DNA of 64,000 bases from the IMG/VR virus record IMGVR_UViG_3300048599_000435, positions 1-64,000 of that record; one strand, written 5' to 3'. Made by a program: the position numbers and the translations under genes. Under the pieces are notes generated by a model. It searched no databases. It was not told the origin of the DNA and worked only from the letters and a program-made list of their open reading frames with translations. This document shows positions 9,492-16,724 of this stretch, piece by piece. Origin of the DNA: a virus. Each line of letters opens with the position of its first letter. The first letter of the stretch is position 1.

Positions 9492-9806
9492 GTGGCGGAC
9501 CCAGTGGGTGACGGCGCGGCCGATATCCCCCCGAAGGACTGCTGCTGCGACGCGCCGTTCCCGAGTCCGTGTACGGACGGGTCGCAGTACGTCCAGGTGT
9601 GGCCGTGCGTCGAGGGGGTGAAGGGCGACTGCTCGTGGTTCGACCTGTCGAGCCTGACTTTCGCCCCTACACCGGCAGCGGCGGCGGCCAAGAAGCCGTG
9701 CGGCGGCGGGGCGAACGCCTTCTCGGTGATGCAGGAGGCGGTGGCCAAGGGGTTCGGCCTTGATGACTTGAAGAAACTCGCGGTCACGTTGGACAAGTTG
9801 AAGTAG
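9474..9806 (+). CDS. Cys-rich small protein
   Basis: G/C-rich third codon positions; CCCDAPFPSPC..C..C. Start is uncertain (ATG 9474 or GTG 9492). Confidence 0.5.
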   Translation: MKPADHVADPVGDGAADIPPKDCCCDAPFPSPCTDGSQYVQVWPCVEGVKGDCSWFDLSSLTFAPTPAAAAAKKPCGGGANAFSVMQEAVAKGFGLDDLKKLAVTLDKLK

Positions 9807-9903
9807 TCGATGTCTTGTCCCGCATCGCCGGGTAGCTTATTGTAGCCGACGGAAATGTCGAAAGTCGCGGCCGATTTCCGGTACTGCTTTATAATATTGC
9901 AGA

Positions 9904-9927
9904 CCGGCCGTGCGGTGGAAGTCACGG
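9904..9927 (+). promoter_or_regulatory. conserved 25-nt motif, copy 1
   Basis: CCGGCCGTGCGGTGGAAGTCACGG, 32 nt before the ATG at 9960. Confidence 0.5.
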
Positions 9928-9959
9928 GTGTCAACTCGACTCGTAGAGAGGCAGCCAGT

Positions 9960-10592
9960 ATGAAGTGGTCTACGGTGTGGGTTCTGTCGGCGGCGACATT
10001 CTGCGGGGCGGCTCCACCTGTCGTCACGTTGCCGTCCGAGGTGCCGGGCGAAGTAGCCGCTTTCGTGGTGGTACAGGCGAAGGTCGATGGTGCCAAGGCG
10101 GTCAAGTTTCTCCCGCTCGACGCCGGTCTTTCGGTGTTCCCATCGGGTCTCCTCAGCGATCAGACCGTGACGGTGGTGGTGGCCCAGCGGCCGGGTCGAT
10201 ACCGGGTGTTGGCGTACGCCGGCAACGCCGACGGCGCGTCCGAACCGGTGACGACGACGGTCGTGATCGGTGGTGCCGTTCAGCCGCCGCCGATTGATCC
10301 GCCGCCGGTGACGGGCGGGAAGAAGTTCTTCCTTATCGTTCGGGCACCGGGTCCGATCCAGCCGGCATTCGAGAAGGTGCTGAACCTGCCGGCATGGAAG
10401 GACTTGAAGAATCAGGGGCATCTGATGAAGGACGTGCCGGCGAACGAGTTGCCGATGAACGTGAAAATGCCGCCCGTTCTGCCGAGTCTGTTGGCGTTCA
10501 GCGTAGCTGCCGATGGGAAATCGATGAGCAGTGTGGGCGACCCACAACCGGTTCCGCAATCCGATGACGCCATCCGAGGGCTTATCAAGTGA
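9960..10592 (+). CDS. secreted hypothetical protein
   Basis: Trimmed to MKWSTVWVLSAATFCGAAPP (signal peptide). Confidence 0.6.
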   Translation: MKWSTVWVLSAATFCGAAPPVVTLPSEVPGEVAAFVVVQAKVDGAKAVKFLPLDAGLSVFPSGLLSDQTVTVVVAQRPGRYRVLAYAGNADGASEPVTTTVVIGGAVQPPPIDPPPVTGGKKFFLIVRAPGPIQPAFEKVLNLPAWKDLKNQGHLMKDVPANELPMNVKMPPVLPSLLAFSVAADGKSMSSVGDPQPVPQSDDAIRGLIK

Positions 10593-11545
10593 GTGAGCAA
10601 CAGGACAGTCAGACGCTCCCCGACTACCGCCTGCCGGACGACCTGATCATCAGCGGCATCCGCGAGGCGGCGGCTCCGGGCAACTGGGGTATCGAGGCGT
10701 GCAAGATAGCCGACTTGCGTGCCGTCGGCGGTGACGGAGAAGGCGAGGTGGTGGCTGTGCTGGACACGGGGGCGACGGTTGACCATCCGGAGTTCGTCGG
10801 CCGGTGGCACGCGACGCCGATGTCGTTCGTGCCGGGCGAGTCGTATCAGGACGGTCACGGTCACGGCACTCACTGCCTCGGCAGTGCCGCCGGATCCACC
10901 CCCGGCATCGGTGTGGCGAACAGGGCCAAGTTGTTGGCCGGCAAGTGCCTGAGCAATCAGGGGAGCGGACTCGACTCGTGGATCTACAACTCGGTGAAAT
11001 GGGCGTGGGAGAGCGGGGCGACGGTCATCTCCCTGTCCATCGGCGGCGGCGGGTACTCGGCCCAGATGGACTCGCTGTTCAAGCAGGTGACGGCGTCCGG
11101 GTGTGTGATCGTGGCGGCGTCTGGCAATGAGCGGCAGCAGGGCGGACAGACGACGTATCCTGGCCGATACGAGTCGGCGTTGGCGGTGGCGGCGGTGGAC
11201 AGCAACGGCAAGTTCGCCTCGTTCAGCAACCCCGGTCAGACGGTTGAGACACTGGCGATCGCGGCCCCCGGCGTCGGCATCTGGTCGGCGATGCCCGGCG
11301 GAGGCTACCAGCAGATGTCGGGCACGAGCATGGCGACGCCGTTCGTGGCCGGTGTCATCGCCGCGTACCAGTCGGCTCGGGTGAAGGCCGGCCTGCCGAG
11401 GATGCCGGGGGCGAACATCCGGACGGTGTTCCGTGGGTACGCGATCGATGCCGGTGCGACGGGCATCGACCGGGACTACGGGTCCGGGCTGATCTCCGGT
11501 GCTGCTCTGGCCCGAACGCTGGTTCAAGTTCCGGAAGTGAAGTAA
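10589..11545 (+). CDS. S8 family (subtilisin-like) serine peptidase
   Basis: Catalytic triad contexts VAVLDTGA, HGHGTHC and SGTSMATPFVAG. Confidence 0.85.
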   Translation: MSEQQDSQTLPDYRLPDDLIISGIREAAAPGNWGIEACKIADLRAVGGDGEGEVVAVLDTGATVDHPEFVGRWHATPMSFVPGESYQDGHGHGTHCLGSAAGSTPGIGVANRAKLLAGKCLSNQGSGLDSWIYNSVKWAWESGATVISLSIGGGGYSAQMDSLFKQVTASGCVIVAASGNERQQGGQTTYPGRYESALAVAAVDSNGKFASFSNPGQTVETLAIAAPGVGIWSAMPGGGYQQMSGTSMATPFVAGVIAAYQSARVKAGLPRMPGANIRTVFRGYAIDAGATGIDRDYGSGLISGAALARTLVQVPEVK

Positions 11546-11561
11546 CAACTGAGAGGTGGAC

Positions 11562-11846
11562 ATGGGCTGGTTCCGTTCGTCGGAAGAGAAGGTCTTGGAC
11601 CGGATTCTCGACTCGTGCGACGACGCGCACTGCGACCACCAGGTCGGGACGACGGTCATGTTCGGCCGTCGGCCGTCGGGGACGATGCGGCAGGTGGTCC
11701 GCGAGCTTCGGGCCGGCGGCATGAGCGTGACGGAAATAATCGCCCTGGTGGTTGCGATTTTCGACCTGATACAGAAAATTGGACCCATCGTCGATGAGAT
11801 CGTTAAGCGAATCAGAGAGCGTCGGCTGGCGAGTTTCGGCGACTGA
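11562..11846 (+). CDS. hypothetical protein
   Basis: ATG at 11562 (GTG at 11556 also possible). Hydrophobic C-terminal helix IIALVVAIFDLI. Confidence 0.5.
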   Translation: MGWFRSSEEKVLDRILDSCDDAHCDHQVGTTVMFGRRPSGTMRQVVRELRAGGMSVTEIIALVVAIFDLIQKIGPIVDEIVKRIRERRLASFGD

Positions 11847-11855
11847 GGTGTGTTA

Positions 11856-11880
11856 CCGGCCGTGCGGGGTAAGTCACGGA
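11856..11880 (+). promoter_or_regulatory. conserved 25-nt motif, copy 2
   Basis: CCGGCCGTGCGGGGTAAGTCACGGA, 23 nt before the ATG at 11904. Confidence 0.5.
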
Positions 11881-11903
11881 CAGTGCCCGATTGCGAGGTG
11901 CCG

Positions 11904-12197
11904 ATGCGGATCCTCGACCTGTGGGCGACGCAGCCGGTGTCGAAGAGGCGGATGCGTCAGTTCGACCTGGGTGTCGAGGACGACGGGTTGCCGCCGGTGC
12001 TGGTGGCCCTGTGTCCGGACGGCGAGTACGAGGTCCGGGACGGGCACCACCGGCTCGCGTACTACCGCCTTCAGGGCAAGGAAAAACTGGACGACGGCGA
12101 GTACTTCGTGATCCACGTTGACGAGTGTCGTCGCCGGCTTGGTCGGATCGACGAGGTGATAGAGTGGAACGGCCTGTTTGAGGCGGTGAAATCCTGA
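11904..12197 (+). CDS. ParB-like nuclease domain protein
   Basis: YEVRDGHHRLAYY core motif of ParB/Srx-type N-terminal domains. Confidence 0.6.
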   Translation: MRILDLWATQPVSKRRMRQFDLGVEDDGLPPVLVALCPDGEYEVRDGHHRLAYYRLQGKEKLDDGEYFVIHVDECRRRLGRIDEVIEWNGLFEAVKS

Positions 12198-12218
12198 CCG
12201 TGCGGGATAAGACACGGA
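12196..12218 (+). promoter_or_regulatory. conserved motif, copy 3
   Basis: GACCGTGCGGGATAAGACACGGA, directly after the stop at 12197. Confidence 0.45.
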
Positions 12219-12283
12219 TAGAGTGGCCCTGCCGGCTGGCGAACCGGAGATGATGGATCGGTCTGAAAACCAAGGAGGTTGGG

Positions 12284-12640
12284 ATGTTGAAGCAGACGTT
12301 TCTGGCGGTGGCCGCCGTGGCGATTTCGGCGGGTGTGGCGGACGCCCAGTTCACCTACCCGGTGTCGGGCGGACAGCAGGTGTGTACGGCCGCCGGGTGT
12401 CGGCCCGTTCAGACGGCCGTGACGGCGGCGCACAACGCGGTCGTGAACACGGCCGAGGCGGTTCGTGGGGTGTGGACGGACCCGACGGTGAGTCCGTGGC
12501 ACGTCCAGTCGCCGGCGGTGATTACCCAGCGGATGGCGGCCCCGGTCGTCGGCGGCCACGTCACGTTCACGCCGGGTCAGCCGGTTCGCAACGTGTTGCG
12601 GGTGGTGAAGGGTGTCGTGGCCGGCGTCGTGGCGAAGTAG
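12284..12640 (+). CDS. secreted hypothetical protein
   Basis: Signal peptide MLKQTFLAVAAVAISAGVADA; AGGAGG-like RBS. Confidence 0.6.
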   Translation: MLKQTFLAVAAVAISAGVADAQFTYPVSGGQQVCTAAGCRPVQTAVTAAHNAVVNTAEAVRGVWTDPTVSPWHVQSPAVITQRMAAPVVGGHVTFTPGQPVRNVLRVVKGVVAGVVAK

Positions 12641-12715
12641 TGACGGAAATCCCGAGCCGGCGGGTCGAGACCGGCGTGAGTCGCCAGTGGCTGCGGTCGT
12701 CACCGGAGGGTGGGC

Positions 12716-12958
12716 ATGGGCAGTCGCAAGCGTGGCGGTGAGCGTCGGCCGTCGGAGGGGTCGGCGGTGGTGTCGAGGGAGTTCGGCCCGTGCCTGGTGC
12801 TGGTTCATTTGCGGACGGGCGTGGTCCGGGTGGTCGAGACGGACGAGGTCGGGGCGGCGGACCGCAACGAGGCGACCGGGTGGGCGATCCGCCAGTTGGT
12901 CGCCGCCGGCCTGCCGGTGAACAGCCCGCTCACCCTGCGGGACGCCATGTGGGGCTGA
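12716..12958 (+). CDS. hypothetical protein
   Basis: ATG at 12716, 6 nt after GGAGG. Confidence 0.45.
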   Translation: MGSRKRGGERRPSEGSAVVSREFGPCLVLVHLRTGVVRVVETDEVGAADRNEATGWAIRQLVAAGLPVNSPLTLRDAMWG

Positions 12959-12959
12959 C

Positions 12960-12984
12960 CCGGCCGTGCGGGTGAATGCGCGGA
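12960..12984 (+). promoter_or_regulatory. conserved motif, copy 4
   Basis: CCGGCCGTGCGGGTGAATGCGCGGA, 16 nt before the ATG at 13001. The stem keeps pairing through a U-G wobble. Confidence 0.45.
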
Positions 12985-13000
12985 CACCGACTACAAGATC

Positions 13001-13354
13001 ATGAAAACCGTCTTCTCGCCGATGGACGATTTCGATTCAAGGCGCGAGATTTTTCGGCAACTCCACTCGCTTTCGCCGGCCGACCGGATCGTCGTCCTGC
13101 GGCACTTTTGCGACATGGTGAACGCGGGCGGCAGTGGGGTGAAACCGAAGCGGGCGATGATGGAGTCGGTGTGGAACGCCTACCGGTCGGACGCCTGGGA
13201 CCGGCGGCTGACGAGTGAGATCTACTGCGACCTGTGGCTGCTGGTGACGCAGTACAAGCTGTGCCCGATCAGGCTCGGTGTCGTCCTGGAGCGGTGGGCG
13301 CGGTTACCGAAGTCTATACCGCCGTTGCCGGCCCGGCCGCCTCGACCTCGGTGA
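13001..13354 (+). CDS. hypothetical protein
   Basis: 117-aa ORF of balanced composition. Confidence 0.55.
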   Translation: MKTVFSPMDDFDSRREIFRQLHSLSPADRIVVLRHFCDMVNAGGSGVKPKRAMMESVWNAYRSDAWDRRLTSEIYCDLWLLVTQYKLCPIRLGVVLERWARLPKSIPPLPARPPRPR

Positions 13355-14408
13355 AGTCGAGGGATCGTTCGGCGGCCCGCCGTTCCCGCCGTTTCTGCCC
13401 TTCCTTCTTGGCCCCTTTCACCCGCCGGGCCTCGCACGCCTTGCACTTCAGTGTGCGGCCGTTGTTCTTGTTGGCCTTCTTGCCGAAGTGGACGAGCAGT
13501 TCCTTTTCCTGTCCGCACCCGGCGCACCGCTGGGTGGGTCGGACGCCGCCGGCGCGGAGGATCATGATCTCGACGCACTCGGCCGACCCGAACGTCTCGG
13601 CCCGGCCGTCGCGGTAGACGGTGAGCAGGACGGGCACGGCCAGGCTCTGTTCCTCCTCGCGGCCCTTGCCGTGTTTACCCTCGGCGGGGGCGGCGGCCTT
13701 GACCTTCTCGTCGTCGGCGTCGAGGTCAACGACCCGCTGGATCCAGACGGAGTCGGCCCCGGCGATGACGGCCCGGAGGACGGACAGGACGAGGCGGTGG
13801 TCGCGGACGAGGTTGTGCTTGGGGCGGTCGAGGTAGGACTGGCGGTCCTCGGCGGACATCCCCTGGAGGTCGTCGGCGTGCTGGCCGAGGTCGTCCGGGT
13901 GTTTCTCTTCGGGGTTCAGTTTGAAGTGGGCGCGGACTTCTTTCTTGGTCGGCGTCTTGACCCGCTCGGCGGCGGCGATCTCTTTGGCGATGGCGGCGGT
14001 GACGCGAGACCCTTTGGCGGTCAGCAGGGCCAGCTTGCGGGTCTCCTCGCTGACGCGCGGCTCGGACAGGATGTACAGGGCGGTGGCGTCGAAGCGGGTC
14101 AGGTCGGCGTCCTTGAACGCCTCCCACACGTTGATCATTTTGTACGCGGTGGCCCGTCCGAAGGCGAATTCGAGATCGACCCAGGCGCAGAACCCGTCGG
14201 GCAGCATCTGGCGGACGGCGTGCAGGTGGCAGCCCATGTGGCGGATGCCGTCGGCGACGGTGCGGGACAGGTTGCGGATCCACTGGGCGCGTTCGCGGAC
14301 CTCCCTGGCGACGGCCGGCTTCAGTTTCGCGTAGTCGAAGGCGGCCCTGACGACCATTCCGGCGTCCGTCTCGACTTCGGCCAACTCGTCGAGTTCCGGT
14401 TCCCGCAT
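13314..14408 (-). CDS. DUF3102-like protein with C-terminal zinc ribbon
   Basis: Trimmed to MREPELDEL. GCHLHAVRQMLPDGFCAWVDLEFAFGRATAYKMINV resembles DUF3102. C-terminal CAGCG..CKAC. Confidence 0.55.
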   Translation of the reverse strand: MREPELDELAEVETDAGMVVRAAFDYAKLKPAVAREVRERAQWIRNLSRTVADGIRHMGCHLHAVRQMLPDGFCAWVDLEFAFGRATAYKMINVWEAFKDADLTRFDATALYILSEPRVSEETRKLALLTAKGSRVTAAIAKEIAAAERVKTPTKKEVRAHFKLNPEEKHPDDLGQHADDLQGMSAEDRQSYLDRPKHNLVRDHRLVLSVLRAVIAGADSVWIQRVVDLDADDEKVKAAAPAEGKHGKGREEEQSLAVPVLLTVYRDGRAETFGSAECVEIMILRAGGVRPTQRCAGCGQEKELLVHFGKKANKNNGRTLKCKACEARRVKGAKKEGQKRRERRAAERSLDFTEVEAAGPATAV

Positions 14409-14506
14409 TTTGTCGCTCCTGGGATTGCAATTCGGTCGCCGGCCGGTCACACTCCGCCTATCTTACTACCCGGATCTCCTTTTCCGCAAACTGTCGGGGC
14501 GTACAG

Positions 14507-14746
14507 ATGCCGGAAGAAGACCGAGTTTCGCGTCTGGACGTCGAGCGGCGGCGGTTCGGCGGCACCGTCGTCTCCGTGAGCACGCACAGCGGCTCGATTT
14601 CGGTGTCCGGTCCGCTGCTGGACAACTTCAACCTCGATCTTGCGGTCGAGTGGGCGTCCCACGTCCTCAACGGGTGGGACTTTCCGGCCGACCGGTGGCA
14701 GGCCCGACGGCGGATCATCGAGGCGAATCGCGGAATTACAAAATAA
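14507..14746 (+). CDS. hypothetical protein
   Basis: 79-aa ORF preferred over the Arg-rich overlapping frame starting at 14410. Confidence 0.4.
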   Translation: MPEEDRVSRLDVERRRFGGTVVSVSTHSGSISVSGPLLDNFNLDLAVEWASHVLNGWDFPADRWQARRRIIEANRGITK

Positions 14747-14749
14747 TTG

Positions 14750-14777
14750 TTGCCACCCGTTCGGGACACAGTAGAAT
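14750..14777 (+). promoter_or_regulatory. sigma70-like promoter of the TTGCAT-CCCnnnnGGG family (plus-strand copy)
   Basis: TTGCCA-CCCGTTCGGGACACAG-TAGAAT with a 16-nt spacer. Confidence 0.45.
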
Positions 14778-14805
14778 AATTGCAGAACTCGCGTCGAGGA
14801 AGGCG

Positions 14806-15261
14806 ATGTTGAAGCTGACCTTTTCTGGTGACGGTGAGGTGTTGGGATCGACCAACGAGTGGCGTGACCGGCCAAAAAAGGTGATGGCGACTGTTCAGCC
14901 GCCGAGGAAGGCGCGGGACCGGTCGGAGAAGTACTGTGCGACGTGCTTACGTATCCGAGTGTACGGGGTTTCGACCTGTCTGCCGTGTCTGACTCGGATG
15001 GGCACATCGGTGGCGGCGACGGTGCTGGTGTACCCGCACGCGGTCGGTTACCGGGTGCAGGTGTCGAACCTGAAGAAGATCGTGGCGGAGATTCGCAAGT
15101 ACGGGGTGGAGCCGCCGGCGAGGTGGTGCGAGGTGGCGGACGGGCGGACGGGTAGGCCGAAGAAGAAAACGACGCCGATGAGCCGTGATGCGCGGGCTGT
15201 GACCGGGGCGACGGCGGTGTTCGTCCGGGACGGGCGACACCGGCTGGCACCGGACGGATGA
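14806..15261 (+). CDS. hypothetical protein with CxxC..CxxC motif
   Basis: Trimmed to the ATG at 14806, after GAGGAAGG. Contains CATCLRIRVYGVSTCLPC. Confidence 0.5.
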   Translation: MLKLTFSGDGEVLGSTNEWRDRPKKVMATVQPPRKARDRSEKYCATCLRIRVYGVSTCLPCLTRMGTSVAATVLVYPHAVGYRVQVSNLKKIVAEIRKYGVEPPARWCEVADGRTGRPKKKTTPMSRDARAVTGATAVFVRDGRHRLAPDG

Positions 15262-15264
15262 CTC

Positions 15265-15289
15265 CCGGCCGTGCGGGACAAGACGCGGA
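15265..15289 (+). promoter_or_regulatory. conserved motif, copy 5
   Basis: CCGGCCGTGCGGGACAAGACGCGGA, 18 nt before the ATG at 15308. Confidence 0.45.
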
Positions 15290-15307
15290 AGAATCAGGAG
15301 ACGCGCC

Positions 15308-15664
15308 ATGAAGGTCCAGAAGTACAACCTTGGAAAAACAGAAAGCTACAAGGAAAGGGTGGCGGTGGTCGTTTCCGGTGACGGGATCGCCTCGGACGAG
15401 ATCCTGACGATCACGACGCGGGCGGGGCAGAAGACGACGACGGTGACGTATGCGGTGGACTACGACCGTGACCGTCCGTACCTGTTGGCCCACTTGAGGC
15501 CGCTGGGACGAGAGGCGTCGGATGGTGGCCCGTACTGGGTGGCGTGTAAGGACGGCAAGTGGACGTGCAACTGTCGCGGTTTTAGGCCGAATCAGGACAT
15601 CGGCTGCAAGCATTGCGACGCCGTTAAGTCGATGGAGGGGATACTGAAATCGGAGGTGCCGTGA
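15308..15664 (+). CDS. SWIM zinc-finger protein
   Basis: CNCRGFRPNQDIGCKHC matches the CxCxnCxH SWIM signature. Confidence 0.7.
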   Translation: MKVQKYNLGKTESYKERVAVVVSGDGIASDEILTITTRAGQKTTTVTYAVDYDRDRPYLLAHLRPLGREASDGGPYWVACKDGKWTCNCRGFRPNQDIGCKHCDAVKSMEGILKSEVP

Positions 15665-15891
15665 TGCCGACCCTGAAGGTGTACTGTCGGCGGTTCAAGA
15701 CGGGTGTGGCCGACGTGGTGTTCGATGGGGACGCGGAGTCGGAGGCGGGCAAGAACTGGGTCGAGAAGGTAGCGGCGTTCAGGGCGCGAACGGTACGCAG
15801 TATGGGGCCGGCGGCGTATCAGCGGTGGTGGTGTGAGGTGGACGGCGTGCGTCAGGAAACTTCAGAGTCAGACAAGGGAGGTGAGGGGTGA
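15664..15891 (+). CDS. hypothetical protein
   Basis: Its ATG overlaps the upstream TGA. Confidence 0.45.
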   Translation: MPTLKVYCRRFKTGVADVVFDGDAESEAGKNWVEKVAAFRARTVRSMGPAAYQRWWCEVDGVRQETSESDKGGEG

Positions 15892-16706
15892 GCGACGAGA
15901 AAGACGACCTGTGGGACAAGATCGCGGCGTGGCTGGCGGAGCCGTTCGAGCCAAGACAAGTCAAGTGGTTGCCGAAGGTGGTACGGCAGGACAGTGCCCT
16001 CGGTATGCCGTACGTCGATAGCCGGACGGTGATGGACCGGTTGGACGCCGTGCTGGGGATGGAGAACTGGCAGGACAGCTACGACTTCCTGCCGGATCGG
16101 GCGGTGATGTGCCGGCTGGCGGTCCGACTGCCGGGGACGGCCGAGTGGATCACCAAGAGCGACGTGGGCACGGAGAGCGAGCAGCCGGACCAGGGGGACC
16201 GGTCGAAGTCGGCCGTGAGTGACGCCCTGAAGCGGGCGGCCGTTCACTGGGGTGTGGCTCGGTATCTCTACCGCGTTCCCAGCGTGTGGGCCAGGTACGA
16301 TGCGAAGAAGAAGCAGTTCTCCGAGATCCCCCAGTTGCCGGCGTGGGCGTTGCCGGGGTTCGGGGCGAGGAAGGAGGAGTCGAAGGCGGCGTCCAAACCG
16401 GGTGCCACCGGTCAAGCTGGCAACCCAGCGCCACACCCTGTCAGCCCGGCCGAAGGGCAGAAGGCGTACGACCAGTTCGTGCGGCAGATCAAGGCGGTCG
16501 CCGGCGACGCCGAGTGGCAGTCGGTGGCCGGGGCGATCAAGGCGGTGGTTCAGGCGGGCGGCGGCGGCATGACGCCGGCCCACGTCCAGGGCCTGCGGGA
16601 CGCCCTGGCGGCGCGGTGGGACGACATGCACCCGAAGGCGGACGACGAGGTCGGCGAGGACGACTCGGCGGGCGACGGGGACGACGTTTCGGACGTGCCG
16701 TACTAA
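15888..16706 (+). CDS. Rad52/Rad22-type single-strand annealing protein
   Basis: YVDSRTVMDRLDAVLGMENWQ and KSAVSDALKRAAVHWGVARYLY. The GTG start overlaps the upstream stop. Confidence 0.7.
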   Translation: MSDEKDDLWDKIAAWLAEPFEPRQVKWLPKVVRQDSALGMPYVDSRTVMDRLDAVLGMENWQDSYDFLPDRAVMCRLAVRLPGTAEWITKSDVGTESEQPDQGDRSKSAVSDALKRAAVHWGVARYLYRVPSVWARYDAKKKQFSEIPQLPAWALPGFGARKEESKAASKPGATGQAGNPAPHPVSPAEGQKAYDQFVRQIKAVAGDAEWQSVAGAIKAVVQAGGGGMTPAHVQGLRDALAARWDDMHPKADDEVGEDDSAGDGDDVSDVPY

Positions 16707-16724
16707 CCGACAGGAGGTCAGGCC

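Noticed and set aside
9890-9895. Perfect TATAAT 8 nt upstream of motif copy 1, suggesting the motif marks transcript 5' ends.
   Set aside because: No acceptable -35 box at 16-18 nt, and no comparable -10 box precedes the other motif copies.
13278-14579. 433-aa plus-strand ORF antisense to the DUF3102-like gene. The same class includes 14447..15613(-), 15852..17174(-), 19083..20645(-), 20629..22023(-), 22666..23988(-), 22686..23996(+), 23340..24494(-), 41278..42417(+), 50292..51269(+), 59198..60469(+).
   Set aside because: Gly/Arg/Pro/Val-rich junk composition. The opposite strand or another frame carries recognisable domains or coupled gene chains.
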